Below are positions 1-9,387 of a stretch of DNA of 32,000 nucleotides, piece by piece. The notes beneath the pieces are model-generated. The model did no database searches. It worked only from the letters and a program-made list of their open reading frames with translations, and was not told where the DNA came from. Origin of the DNA: Dehalococcoidia bacterium (lineage in GTDB: Bacteria; Chloroflexota; Dehalococcoidia; Plut-88900). Both the position numbers and the translations under genes were made by a program. Location: NCBI GenBank assembly GCA_965197645.1, contig OZ240219.1:1658943-1690942 (forward strand). Reading direction: 5' to 3'. Every line of letters begins with the position of its first letter. The stretch's first letter is position 1.

Positions 1-746
1 TGACAACGGAAGAAAAACTGCGCCTGTGGTCCGAGATAAAAGCTCACCTGGGAGACCGAGGGTCCGTCGTGGCCGGCACGGGAAACTACAGCACCGCCGA
101 ATCGATAGAGCTCACCAGTGAGGCCGAGAAGATAGGTGTGGACGCCGCGATGCAGGTGGTGCCCTACTACAACAAGCCCCCTCAGGCGGGCCTGTACCAG
201 CATTTCGGGGCCATCGCTGAGAGCACTTCGTTGCCCTGTATCATCTACAACGTGCCCAGCCGGACGGTAGCCAACCTCTCCGCCGATACGGTGGTCAGGC
301 TGAGCGAGATCGATAACATAGCCGGCATCAAAGAGGCGAGTGCCGACTTCGATCAGATAACCAAGATAATCTCCGGTACCCGGGATGGGTTCAAGGTGTG
401 GAGCGGCAACGACGGAGATACGCTGCCCATCCTCGCCCTGGGAGGGTACGGGATCGTTAGCGTGGCGTCTCACCTCGTCGGGCTCCAGATCAAGGAGATG
501 ATCGATAGCTTCCTATGTGGAAACACCGAAGAAGCCGCACGTATTCACGCCCGTTTGTTGCCCCTGGTCAACAGCCTGTTCATCGTCGCCAATCCGGTCC
601 CGGTGAAATATGCCTTGAACGCCGTGGGATTCAACGTAGGAGGCACCCGATTGCCTTTGGTGAACCCCGACGAAAAGACCGCCGAATCGATATCGGAGGC
701 CCTGGGCAGGCATCGGATCGATCTGCCGGTGCCCGTCAGCTCATAG
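1..746 (+). CDS. dapA: 4-hydroxy-tetrahydrodipicolinate synthase (DapA), 5' end cut by window edge
   Basis: The reading frame is open from nt 3 (TTEEKLRLW...). Translation contains GTGNYST, VVPYYNKP, IIYNVPSRT and IAGIKEAS (Schiff-base Lys context), all typical of DHDPS. Stop TAG at 744-746. Confidence 0.85.
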   Translation, partial: TTEEKLRLWSEIKAHLGDRGSVVAGTGNYSTAESIELTSEAEKIGVDAAMQVVPYYNKPPQAGLYQHFGAIAESTSLPCIIYNVPSRTVANLSADTVVRLSEIDNIAGIKEASADFDQITKIISGTRDGFKVWSGNDGDTLPILALGGYGIVSVASHLVGLQIKEMIDSFLCGNTEEAARIHARLLPLVNSLFIVANPVPVKYALNAVGFNVGGTRLPLVNPDEKTAESISEALGRHRIDLPVPVSS

Positions 747-770
747 AACGCCCATACACCGGACGCGATA

Positions 771-805
771 AGGCCGCCCTGATCTGTTTGGGGCGGCCTT
801 TTTTT
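771..805 (+). terminator. Rho-independent terminator between convergent dapA and purA
   Basis: 9-bp GC stem AGGCCGCCC (771-779) / GGGCGGCCT (791-799) with an 11-nt loop, followed directly by a T-run (799-805). Confidence 0.7.
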
Positions 806-813
806 GCCTCGAT

Positions 814-2106
814 CTACGGAAGGGGTCGGAGAAAGATAGACTCCTCCCGGTGCGGTCCTACCGATACAAGGTCAACGGGGCAGCCGATAAGCTCTTCCAA
901 TCGTTTGACATAGCCCCTCGCTTCGGCGGGCAGGTCCTCGAATTTGCGAGCATCCCGGGTCGAGCCCTTCCAGCCCGGAAGCTCTTCGTACACCGGCTCG
1001 CAGCCGGAGAAATCGGATGCGCTGCTTGGCGGATGGGCCAAGACGGACCCGTTCAGCTTGTATCCGGTACAGACTTTGAGTGTATCGAACCCGTCCAACA
1101 CGTCCAGCCGGGTCAGGGCAACCGATGTAAACCCGTTGATCAAGTTGCTGTACCTGGCGATCACGGCATCGAACCAGCCGCACCTTCTGGGTCTGCCTGT
1201 GCTGGCCCCGTACTCATCGGCCCTCTCTCTGATTTCATTGCCGATCTCATCGGTCAGCTCCGTCGGCATCGGGCCGGCCCCCACCCTGGTGGTGTAGGCT
1301 TTGTAGACCCCGATGATGGAGTCGATCTTGGTGGCACTGATACCGGCGCCCAGGGCTGCCCCGGCGCCCACTGGCGCGGACGAAGTTACGTAGGGGTAGG
1401 TCCCGAAATCGGTATCTAGGAGTGTGCCTTGCGCCCCCTCCATGATCACCAGTTCGTTCTTCTCGATGGCTTCGTGGACAACAACCTCGGTCTGCCGCAG
1501 GTAGGGCGCCAGCAACTCTCCATACCTACAGTACTCGTCGAACATCTCTTGCTTGGACAGCGGATCCGCTCCGTATAGATTGGTGATGATCTTGTTCTTG
1601 TGGTCCACAATCAGGTCCAAGCGTTCCCGGAAAGCCCCGGTGTCCCGCAGGTCGCCGGCCCTGATTCCCATGCGGCCGGTCTTGTCCACGTAGGCGGGCC
1701 CTATGCCCCTCTTCGTTGTGCCCAGAGCCTTCGATCCCCGAGCTTCTTCCTCAAGTTCGTCGAGGAGGATGTGATAGGGCATGATCAGGTGGGCGCGATC
1801 GCTTATGCACAGCCGCTCCCCGGGCGTGACCTCCACGGTCTCCTTCTCCAGGGCGCGTATCTCCTCCAGTAGGGCGGCGGGATTGATCACCACACCGTTG
1901 CCCAGAACGCAAACGGCATTGGAGTTGAAGATGCCTGCAGGCACCAGGTGGAGTACGAACTCCCCATGGGAGTTGCGCACGGTGTGACCGGCGTTGTTCC
2001 CGCCGCTGGAGCGCACCACCATATCAGCGTCTTTGGAGAGCAGGTCGACTATCTTTCCCTTGCCCTCATCGCCCCACTGGGCCCCTACTATGGCTGCAAC
2101 AGGCAC
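814..2106 (-). CDS. purA: Adenylosuccinate synthetase
   Basis: 430 aa. N-terminal GAQWGDEGKGK P-loop, NAGHTV, GTTKRGIGPAY and full-length PurA-like architecture. Confidence 0.95.
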   Translation of the reverse strand: MPVAAIVGAQWGDEGKGKIVDLLSKDADMVVRSSGGNNAGHTVRNSHGEFVLHLVPAGIFNSNAVCVLGNGVVINPAALLEEIRALEKETVEVTPGERLCISDRAHLIMPYHILLDELEEEARGSKALGTTKRGIGPAYVDKTGRMGIRAGDLRDTGAFRERLDLIVDHKNKIITNLYGADPLSKQEMFDEYCRYGELLAPYLRQTEVVVHEAIEKNELVIMEGAQGTLLDTDFGTYPYVTSSAPVGAGAALGAGISATKIDSIIGVYKAYTTRVGAGPMPTELTDEIGNEIRERADEYGASTGRPRRCGWFDAVIARYSNLINGFTSVALTRLDVLDGFDTLKVCTGYKLNGSVLAHPPSSASDFSGCEPVYEELPGWKGSTRDARKFEDLPAEARGYVKRLEELIGCPVDLVSVGPHREESIFLRPLP

Positions 2107-2265
2107 AAACGTATCCCTCTCTGGTTGGTGGACAAAAACCGTCGGGCAGTATATCAGAACAGCTTCGGTCTTGAAAGGTTTTGAAGCCGTTCCGCCGGAG
2201 GCCGCGGACTCACGATGCGCGGTTCGGGTTCCCAGCCCAGGACAGGCTCGTCACTCGAATTGGAC

Positions 2266-3390
2266 TTACATGAAGCCGTACAGCTTGCCGGCGTTTTCGC
2301 AGATGATCTTCTGCTTCGCCTCCGGGTTCTTCATGTTCTTGAAGTTCTCGGCGATGACGTTCTGCGAATCGGGCCAAACGCCGTCAGGGTGAGGGTAGTC
2401 GGAGCCCCAGATAACGTTCTCCTCGCCGATCAGGTGGACCAGCTCGCCGGCCACGGCCTCCTTCTGGAAGGTGGAGTAGCCCTGCCGGTGCCAGTAATCG
2501 CTCGGCTTCATTGTCAGGCCGGGCTGCCCTTCCCCTTCGTGATCCATCCTGTCGATGACGTAGGGAAGCCAGCTGACGCCGCACTCTCCCAGTACGAAAT
2601 TGAAGTTGGGGAACCGCTCGCAGGCGCCGGAGAAGATAACGCTGGAAACGGACTCTACCCCGGAGAGCTGGAACATAGTGGTGCTTATGGCTGCGAACTC
2701 TCGTTCGTACTGCGCCGTCTCTGGCTCGTCGACCCGGCGGGTGGGCAACCCGGCCGTGTGAAACGAAACGGAAATACCCGTCTCCGCAGAGGCCTCCCAC
2801 AGGACGTCCCAGTCCCGGTGATAGATCGGCTTGTGGGCCAGGGCCGCTCCGAACTCGACGCCCTTCAATCCCAGGCTGGCCGCCCGTCTTACCTCGTCGG
2901 CGGCAACCTGTGGATCGTGGTTGGGGATGCACGCCATGCCGGCGAACCGATCAGGATGCGTGTTGCAGAATCCGGCGATCCAGTCATTGTAGACTTTGAA
3001 GATCTCGGTGACCTGATCCTGGTCTTTGAGCTGGCTGGACACGAAAAAGAGGCCGTAGATGACCTCGGCGTCTATGCCGTCCAGCTCCTGGTCCTTCAGC
3101 CGAAGCTCCGGAGTCGTGGGATGATAGCCGCCGCCGGAGGTATCGAAGAGGTCTGCGGACTTCATCGTCTCCGTTCGGTCGATCATCTCCTGGCTGAAAA
3201 ACTCCAGGTCACGGTAGCTGCCAGCCGGGCCTAAACTCACATTGCCGGCCTTCCACCTCTTGCCGTCTTCCCCTTCCTCTACGCGAGGCATTCTGTCCGT
3301 CCACGTACTCGGTGCGTTGGACACGAACAGGTCCTCGGGCAGGAAAGTGAGGTCTACGTGTGTGTCCCCGGAGATAATGTTGTATTTCAT
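2266..3390 (-). CDS. Amidohydrolase-family metal-dependent hydrolase (amidohydrolase-2/ACMSD-like), substrate unknown
   Basis: 374 aa. Begins IISGDTHVD, has HTAG and ends with WGSDYPHPDG, the pattern of TIM-barrel amidohydrolase-2 proteins. Family-level call from motifs only. Confidence 0.65.
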   Translation of the reverse strand: MKYNIISGDTHVDLTFLPEDLFVSNAPSTWTDRMPRVEEGEDGKRWKAGNVSLGPAGSYRDLEFFSQEMIDRTETMKSADLFDTSGGGYHPTTPELRLKDQELDGIDAEVIYGLFFVSSQLKDQDQVTEIFKVYNDWIAGFCNTHPDRFAGMACIPNHDPQVAADEVRRAASLGLKGVEFGAALAHKPIYHRDWDVLWEASAETGISVSFHTAGLPTRRVDEPETAQYEREFAAISTTMFQLSGVESVSSVIFSGACERFPNFNFVLGECGVSWLPYVIDRMDHEGEGQPGLTMKPSDYWHRQGYSTFQKEAVAGELVHLIGEENVIWGSDYPHPDGVWPDSQNVIAENFKNMKNPEAKQKIICENAGKLYGFM

Positions 3391-3487
3391 AGCGCCCCCT
3401 ACCTTTCTTGCTTATACCCGCTATGTGATTATCTACCCTGCGGTCAATAGGGGGCCAGGGTATACCAGTCCAATGCCGGAGAGACGG

Positions 3488-4270
3488 TCACTCTCGACCG
3501 ACTCTGTGGGGAGTGAGCTTCCTTCCGAACCAGGACCCGGGCAGCCCCCGCAGCGTAGTCCGGCCCGAGCCCAGCGGTGTGTGTTTCAGCCAACTATAGA
3601 TGGCGAAGGACGCCAGGATGATCGCTCCACCGACTACCGCGTCTAGGAAGTAGTGATTTCCCGTGACGACGATGGACGCCAACGAGAGGGCCGGGTAAAC
3701 GAAACCGAATACCTTCAGTGAGGGGTGGCTGCTGCGAATGAAAATCATCCCGAATAGCAACGTCCACCCGAAGTGCATGCTGGGCATGGCGGAGTACTGG
3801 TTGTAGTAGTCGATGGCCTCGGAGCTGTTGTACAGGGCCGGCCCCAGCAGCTCGATGGTGTCAACGAAGCCGTACTCCGGCATCAGCCGAGGAGGAGCTG
3901 TCGGGAAGCCGAGGTATACCAGCCAGGTCATGCCATAGCTGATGAGAAACACGTTGCGATAGTAAACGTAGGTTGGATACCGCTTGATGAACAGGACTAT
4001 GGCGGCGGGAATAAGCACAGGGAAGAAGCCGAGGGTGTAGACCCAATTGAAGAACACTACGACGGCGCTATGGTTCTTCAGCAACCACTCCTGGATACTC
4101 TGTTCCCAGAACCCTCCCAACGCCGCTTCCAGGTTGATGATAGTGTGGGCGTTTTCGAAGGCGACGCTCTCCAGGTCTTGTGTGAACAGGTGCTTGACGC
4201 CGATGTAGGCCAGATAACCGGCGATGAGAAGGAGCAACTCAGCGACGTACCGGTTACGGGCTAGTGTCAT
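3488..4270 (-). CDS. PAP2-superfamily integral membrane protein (PAP2_3 / inositolphosphotransferase-like)
   Basis: Multi-TM protein with the C-terminal motifs PSMHFGW and TGNHYFLDAVVG, resembling PAP2 phosphatase motifs C2/C3. The maximal ORF reaches a TTG at 4378. I prefer ATG 4270 (MTLARNRY...) because the extra 36 aa are Ser/Arg-rich and lie ahead of the first TM helix. The start is uncertain. Confidence 0.55.
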   Translation of the reverse strand: MTLARNRYVAELLLLIAGYLAYIGVKHLFTQDLESVAFENAHTIINLEAALGGFWEQSIQEWLLKNHSAVVVFFNWVYTLGFFPVLIPAAIVLFIKRYPTYVYYRNVFLISYGMTWLVYLGFPTAPPRLMPEYGFVDTIELLGPALYNSSEAIDYYNQYSAMPSMHFGWTLLFGMIFIRSSHPSLKVFGFVYPALSLASIVVTGNHYFLDAVVGGAIILASFAIYSWLKHTPLGSGRTTLRGLPGSWFGRKLTPHRVGRE

Positions 4271-4407
4271 GGTCCACCAAACGTACTGTGAAACAGGCCG
4301 TTGCCTTAACCAGGAGGAGGACGACGATGGGCGCAAACTTGCTGCTTGGAGTCCATCCGGCCGGTTTTGGGATGTCAAGATAAGCCGGAGCGGGAACTAA
4401 GCTAGGG

Positions 4408-5124
4408 CTACTCGGCGGACTTGCGCTCGATGACGCCTCGAGCGTGGGCGTCTATCAAGTCGAAGAACTCGGGGTGGAACTTGGCGTCGATGCCCACCAC
4501 GTTGTTGCCGATCAGTATCAACCCGCTGACCCCTTCAAACACCACGCCGTCACAAAGCTGTCTATTCGAAAATGATATTCGGTACTCGGACCCGGAAGCG
4601 TCCAGCTCCCCAGAGGCGCCCGCACAGGAGAAGACGTTGGCGTCGTGCTCGTCGACGGCCGCGGCGGTCGATTCCATGAAGCCATCGAAAAGCCGTTTAG
4701 CCGCTTCCTCGTCCCCCAAGGACTGCATCCACCAGGTTGAGAAGAATCCACCGGAGTTCATGTCGCAACGAAGAATTGTCGAAGGTGTCTCACTCTGGTG
4801 AAACATCCGGAACACTCTATCGATGTTGATCTTCGGCTCGTTGTCCACATCGGCCTGGAAAACGTTGGTTACTTCGCCCAGCTCTCCGGGTATCGACATC
4901 AGGCAATCTTCGTCTCCCAGCGAGGTCATGTAGTCCCCGCCGGCGGCCGGGACCGAAGTCGGCGTATCGACTGGTGGAGAGGTTGGCTGTGCATCAGTCG
5001 TGGGCTCGGGGGCCGATTCGATGGGTTCAGCGGTCGACGGCTCGGACGTTCTGTTGCATGCGGCCAGGACAAGCACCAGCACGGCAACACAAATGATACA
5101 TAAAGCTGTTTTGCGAGGGTTCAT
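4408..5124 (-). CDS. Hypothetical lipoprotein
   Basis: 238 aa. Signal peptide ending in the lipobox LAAC (Cys23), then a Pro/Thr/Ser-rich linker and a four-Cys globular part. I recognise no family. Confidence 0.6.
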   Translation of the reverse strand: MNPRKTALCIICVAVLVLVLAACNRTSEPSTAEPIESAPEPTTDAQPTSPPVDTPTSVPAAGGDYMTSLGDEDCLMSIPGELGEVTNVFQADVDNEPKINIDRVFRMFHQSETPSTILRCDMNSGGFFSTWWMQSLGDEEAAKRLFDGFMESTAAAVDEHDANVFSCAGASGELDASGSEYRISFSNRQLCDGVVFEGVSGLILIGNNVVGIDAKFHPEFFDLIDAHARGVIERKSAE

Positions 5125-5251
5125 GGATCACACGGGACGTCGTCTGGATAACATACAGAGCATCGGGGGGGATTGTACAACATTTACATCGGTGAGATGC
5201 GCTGCCTGAACGGGTGGATTGCTGAGATACGGGGCTGAAACCGGATGATGC

Positions 5252-6184
5252 CTACTGTGGCTCTTCCCGTCGCAACTGGTCCAGGATGCCGGATACGTGA
5301 GCCCGGGCATTGTCGTCGTCTGTCAGCGCCAGCGCTTTTTCCAGGTCTGCGATGGCCATAGCCGTCCTGCCGGTGCGTGCGTAGACTATAGCTCGATTGT
5401 TGTAGGCCAAGACGTTCTTGGGATCGATTGTCAGAGCTGCGTTTACGTCCTCGAAGGCTTGGCCGTCGGCGCCCTTATCGAGATGGGCAGCAGCCCGATT
5501 GACGAGGGCGACGGCGGAGTCGGGGTGCTCTTCCAAGACCGTCGTGGCATCGGCAATCGCCTGGTCGAAGTCTCCCTTGTAGCGGTGGGCTTCGCCTCTA
5601 TCTATGTAGGGTTGGGGCAGCCTGGGGTCCAGCTCTATCGCCTTTGAGGCATCGTCTATGCACCGGTCCAGGGCGCCCAGCTGCAGGAAGGCGCTGGCCC
5701 GGTTGCTGTACGCCAAGGGATAGGCGGGATCCAGCCCTACTGCGTTGTTGTAGTCCCCCAACGCCATCCTCAGCTTGCCCTGCCCTCTATAGGCCCCGCC
5801 CCTGTTGACGTAAGCCGATACCGAATCGGGGTTCAGGCTCAGAGCCTCGTTGGCATCATCCAAAGCTTTGTCGAGATCACCCTTTCTCAAGTATGCGGCG
5901 GACCTGGCGGTGTACGCATCCGCGTTGTTGGGGCTCAGCATCAAGACCTTGGTGGCATCCATTATTGCTTTGCCATACTCTCCCTGGAGGACGTGCAGCT
6001 CGCTCCGGTGGAGATATGCTGCGACTTGCGTGCCGTCCAGCTCCAACGCTTTGCTGAAAAGCTCGATGGCGCCCTCGATATCTTCTTCGTTTCTTAGCTC
6101 AACGCCGCGCTCCAGGTAGCACCGGGACTGTTCCTGCGCCTCTTCCGTTATGGAGGTATCTTTATTCATATCCAGTTGGAGCAA
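5252..6184 (-). CDS. Tetratricopeptide (TPR) repeat protein
   Basis: 310 aa made of about 8 consecutive 34-aa repeats with the A..Y..RG.AY...G....A..D...AL.L.P pattern. The ORF-track start is a TTG at 6184. An in-frame ATG at 6169 (MNKDTS) is an alternative. Confidence 0.8.
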   Translation of the reverse strand: MLQLDMNKDTSITEEAQEQSRCYLERGVELRNEEDIEGAIELFSKALELDGTQVAAYLHRSELHVLQGEYGKAIMDATKVLMLSPNNADAYTARSAAYLRKGDLDKALDDANEALSLNPDSVSAYVNRGGAYRGQGKLRMALGDYNNAVGLDPAYPLAYSNRASAFLQLGALDRCIDDASKAIELDPRLPQPYIDRGEAHRYKGDFDQAIADATTVLEEHPDSAVALVNRAAAHLDKGADGQAFEDVNAALTIDPKNVLAYNNRAIVYARTGRTAMAIADLEKALALTDDDNARAHVSGILDQLRREEPQ

Positions 6185-6210
6185 GAAGCCCTATGCCCAG
6201 GCGGGCCGAC

Positions 6211-8079
6211 TTATATGTACTCCTTGACCCGCTCCGCCAACGATCGGGTCATTCCCATTACCGCCGCCAAGTCGTCTATCTCCGCCTCTCGGATGGCCTT
6301 CACGGAGCCAAACTTTCGCAGAAGCGCCTTCTTTCGTTTGGGCCCGATGCCGGGCACGTTGTCCATGATGGACCTTACCCCGGTCTTCTTGCGCAGCTGC
6401 CGGTGAAAGGTTATTGCGAACCGGTGGGCCTCGTCCCTGAGGCGCTGCACCAGATAGAGGGCCTGGGAGCTGCGGGGCAGGATTATCGGCTCGCTGGAAT
6501 CCGGCCGGAATATCTCCTCGTACTGCTTGGCGATGCTGGCCAGGGGCACGTCGGCCACACCCAACTCCAACATCACCTGGTGGACCGCGCTCAGGTGGCC
6601 TTTTCCGCCGTCTATCATCACCAGGTCCGGTATCCGGCCCCAGCTTCCATTTTGCTTTCGACCGTTCGCCTCGTCGCTGTTCCTATCGTCTCTCGGTGAG
6701 TCCTTCATGCGGCGGAACCGACGTCTCAGCATCTCCTGCATCATCGAGTAGTCATCTATGCCCTCCACCGTCTTGATTTTGAATCTACGGTACTGGGAGG
6801 GCGCCGGCTCGCCGTCCTGGAAGACCACCATGCTGCCGACGGGGTTGCTGCCCTGGATGTTGGATATGTCGTAGCACTCCATCCGCGCGGGCCTGGTCGG
6901 TAGGTTGAGCTGCTCCTGGATCTCGTCCAGAGCCTGGGAGATAGCATCGCTGTTGGCCATCCACTTCACTCTGTGTTGGGCCAGGCCTTGAGCGGCGTTC
7001 TCGGCAACCAGGTCCACCATGTGCCGACGTTCGCCCCGGCTGGGTCGCCGGACCTCCACCTTTCGGCCCCGCTTGTTCTCCAGCCAGGTACGAATCAAGG
7101 ACAGGTCTTCGGGAGAATGCTGGGTCAGAATGAGGGGTGGGATGTACGATGCAAAGTCGTAGAACTGCTTGAGGAAGCTGGCCATGATCTGTGCATCAGA
7201 CTCGTCCTGGGTCCCCTCCATGATGAAGTGGTCCCGGCCCACCAGCTTTCCTTCCCGAACGAAGAAAGCCTCGACCCAAGCCTCGTCCTGGGAGCGGGCC
7301 ATGGCCACGATATCCTCGTTGGCCAGCAGACGAGATACCATCTTCTGGGCTTGGGAGACCTTTTCTATGGCCCGTACCTGGTCCCGGAGCGCCGCTGCCC
7401 GTTCGAACTGGAGCTCCTCCGCGGCCTGGTTCATGCCATGGGTCAGGTCCTGGACTACGGCTTCGTGTTTACCTTCGAGAAAAAGGACCACCTGGTCGAT
7501 GACTTTGTGATACTCCTCCTTGTCCGCCGCCCCTATGCAGGGCCCGACACACCGGTGAATGTAGTAGTCCAGGCACGGACGAACGTCCTCACCGGTGATG
7601 GTCTTGGTACAGGAGCGATAGGGGAACAGCTTCTTGATCAGGTCGAGGGTCCTTCGAACGGAGCTGGCGCTGGCGAAGGGCCCGAAGTACCGGGAGCCGT
7701 CCTCGTCCTGCCGCCGGGTGAAATAGACCCTGGGGAACTCCTCTTTAAGGTCGATTTTGATGTAAGGATAGGTCTTATCGTCTTTGAGCCGGACGTTGTA
7801 GCGAGGCTTGTGCCGCTTGATCAGGATGTTCTCCAGGATCAGCGCCTCTTGCTCCGAATCGGTTACCACGTACTCGTACTCGGCCACCCTCGACATCAGG
7901 GTCCTGAGCTTGGAGGGCAGCAACGAGGAGTCGGCAAAGTAAGACCGGACGCGGCTTCGCAAACTGGCCGCTTTACCCACGTAGAGGACCTTTCCCGTGG
8001 CGTCCCTGTAGATGTAGACGCCGGGCTTTGTCGGGGTTGCCTTTACCTGGCTGGTCAGCGACTTGGTGGTCATAGCCAA
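6211..8079 (-). CDS. uvrC: Excinuclease ABC subunit C
   Basis: 622 aa. N-terminal GIY-YIG (GVYIYRD...VLYVGKA), a central UVR region, and a C-terminal endonuclease plus (HhH)2 (VPGIGPKRKKALLRKFGS). Confidence 0.95.
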   Translation of the reverse strand: MAMTTKSLTSQVKATPTKPGVYIYRDATGKVLYVGKAASLRSRVRSYFADSSLLPSKLRTLMSRVAEYEYVVTDSEQEALILENILIKRHKPRYNVRLKDDKTYPYIKIDLKEEFPRVYFTRRQDEDGSRYFGPFASASSVRRTLDLIKKLFPYRSCTKTITGEDVRPCLDYYIHRCVGPCIGAADKEEYHKVIDQVVLFLEGKHEAVVQDLTHGMNQAAEELQFERAAALRDQVRAIEKVSQAQKMVSRLLANEDIVAMARSQDEAWVEAFFVREGKLVGRDHFIMEGTQDESDAQIMASFLKQFYDFASYIPPLILTQHSPEDLSLIRTWLENKRGRKVEVRRPSRGERRHMVDLVAENAAQGLAQHRVKWMANSDAISQALDEIQEQLNLPTRPARMECYDISNIQGSNPVGSMVVFQDGEPAPSQYRRFKIKTVEGIDDYSMMQEMLRRRFRRMKDSPRDDRNSDEANGRKQNGSWGRIPDLVMIDGGKGHLSAVHQVMLELGVADVPLASIAKQYEEIFRPDSSEPIILPRSSQALYLVQRLRDEAHRFAITFHRQLRKKTGVRSIMDNVPGIGPKRKKALLRKFGSVKAIREAEIDDLAAVMGMTRSLAERVKEYI

Positions 8080-8168
8080 CCCAATTTTAGCACGATGCGC
8101 AGCGGCGGTTGGTCATTAGCCCGAGCTATCGGGTGGATTCAGCGAGGAGATCTGGGAGGTGGGGGAAG

Positions 8169-8516
8169 CTATCCCACAACTACGGCCAGGATGCCGATGG
8201 TGATGAAGATCCCTACGGAGAAGATGCCGATCCGCTTCACGTCCCGTACCACGTAGGCATAGGGCCAGGGCGCCGCCGTCGCCACTTCCGGTATTGTGCC
8301 CACCGGCTCGGGAGCCGTTCCAAGTTCGGCCGGTCCTGTGCCGACGTTGGCGGCATCGCCGGTCTGCTCCACGGGCTCTGATATCTCTTCCGGCGCAACG
8401 TCGGAAGTCGCAGCGGGTTGGATGGGCTCGGGTCGGGACTTTGGCTGCCGTTTCAGCTTACGGCGTCCGGCCAGGGCGGCTTGTCGAGCGGCGAGTTTTC
8501 GAGACTTTCTAGGCAA
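8169..8516 (-). CDS. Hypothetical small tail-anchored membrane protein
   Basis: 115 aa with a TTG start. Highly basic N-terminus (PRKSRKLAARQAALAGRRKLKRQPKSR), an acidic/Pro-rich middle and one C-terminal TM helix (IGIFSVGIFITIGILAVVVG). Third-position GC bias looks coding, and a good promoter lies upstream. I recognise no homology. Confidence 0.5.
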   Translation of the reverse strand: MPRKSRKLAARQAALAGRRKLKRQPKSRPEPIQPAATSDVAPEEISEPVEQTGDAANVGTGPAELGTAPEPVGTIPEVATAAPWPYAYVVRDVKRIGIFSVGIFITIGILAVVVG

Positions 8517-8542
8517 TGTTCATCCTATCGGCTGTTTAGTCA

Positions 8543-8571
8543 ATTATAGGTAGGAAGATATTCGGGTGCAA
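8543..8571 (-). promoter_or_regulatory. Sigma-70-type promoter for the small ORF and probably uvrC
   Basis: The minus strand reads TTGCAC (8571-8566), a 17-nt spacer, then TATAAT (8548-8543). It lies about 27 nt upstream of the TTG start at 8516. Confidence 0.5.
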
Positions 8572-8602
8572 GGAGACCTTAACGCCGAGGGCATCCACGG
8601 GT

Positions 8603-9316
8603 TCATAGCAACTCGGTGAGGCTGGTTATGATCCGGTCGGGCCTGACCTTCGCGGTTTCCGGCGGTCCATCTCCCCTCGGGTTTACCCAGATGCCGGTGA
8701 TCCCCAGCTTCTGTGGGCCTCCGACGTCCCACTCCAGGTTGTCCCCAACCATCCACGTTTCGGCGGCGCTGGCATCGAGCTGTTCCAGGGCGTGGCGATA
8801 AACTCGCTGGTCCGGTTTGCCGACCCCGAACTCGCCTTCGACGAGAATGTAGTTGAACAACGGTCCGAGCCCAAACCGATCGATCTTGCTCCGCTGGGCC
8901 TCTTTGTTGCCGTTGGTGATCAGCGCCAGTCCTATGCCATCCTCGCCGAGCCGCTTTACCGTTTCGATGGCTCCGGGAAAGGGGGTCACGCTGGTCTCCC
9001 TGATCTTGGAGTAAGACTCCGACAGCTCTTCTGTCAGAGCCTGATCAGCGACGCCGAGGCTATTGAGGGCTTTGGAGACGATCTCCTGAACGGGATTGAT
9101 CATCCTGAGCCGGCCCCTTCTATGGCGTTCCGGGTCGCTCCAGAACCATCGGCTCGTGGACTTCAAGGCGTCCAGTAACTGGCCCACCCCCACGTTTTCA
9201 ATCCGGCCGGCAAATCGTTGACATACGTCGTACCAGCACTTGTTGGATACGGACCCGTAAGCGAGGATCGTATCGTCTAGATCAAGTAGGATCGCTTTGG
9301 GGAGAGAACGGCTCAT
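8603..9316 (-). CDS. HAD-superfamily hydrolase
   Basis: 237 aa. Motif I is LLDLDDTIL. There is a downstream ITNG motif and GDNLEWDVGG (motif IV). Confidence 0.8.
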   Translation of the reverse strand: MSRSLPKAILLDLDDTILAYGSVSNKCWYDVCQRFAGRIENVGVGQLLDALKSTSRWFWSDPERHRRGRLRMINPVQEIVSKALNSLGVADQALTEELSESYSKIRETSVTPFPGAIETVKRLGEDGIGLALITNGNKEAQRSKIDRFGLGPLFNYILVEGEFGVGKPDQRVYRHALEQLDASAAETWMVGDNLEWDVGGPQKLGITGIWVNPRGDGPPETAKVRPDRIITSLTELL

Positions 9317-9387
9317 GATATCGGTACGAGGCGGTCCGGTCTGACGATAGGGCCTGGAGACAACTGGTGTGATCCCAGGGGTGAGGA

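Noticed and set aside
2215-3234. 339-aa ORF on the + strand
   Set aside because: It lies entirely antisense to the well-supported amidohydrolase gene. The Arg/Gly/Leu/Pro-rich composition is typical of shadow ORFs in GC-rich DNA.
6973-8256. 427-aa ORF on the + strand
   Set aside because: It is antisense to uvrC, which has unambiguous GIY-YIG and HhH motifs. The translation is low-complexity with no recognisable domain.
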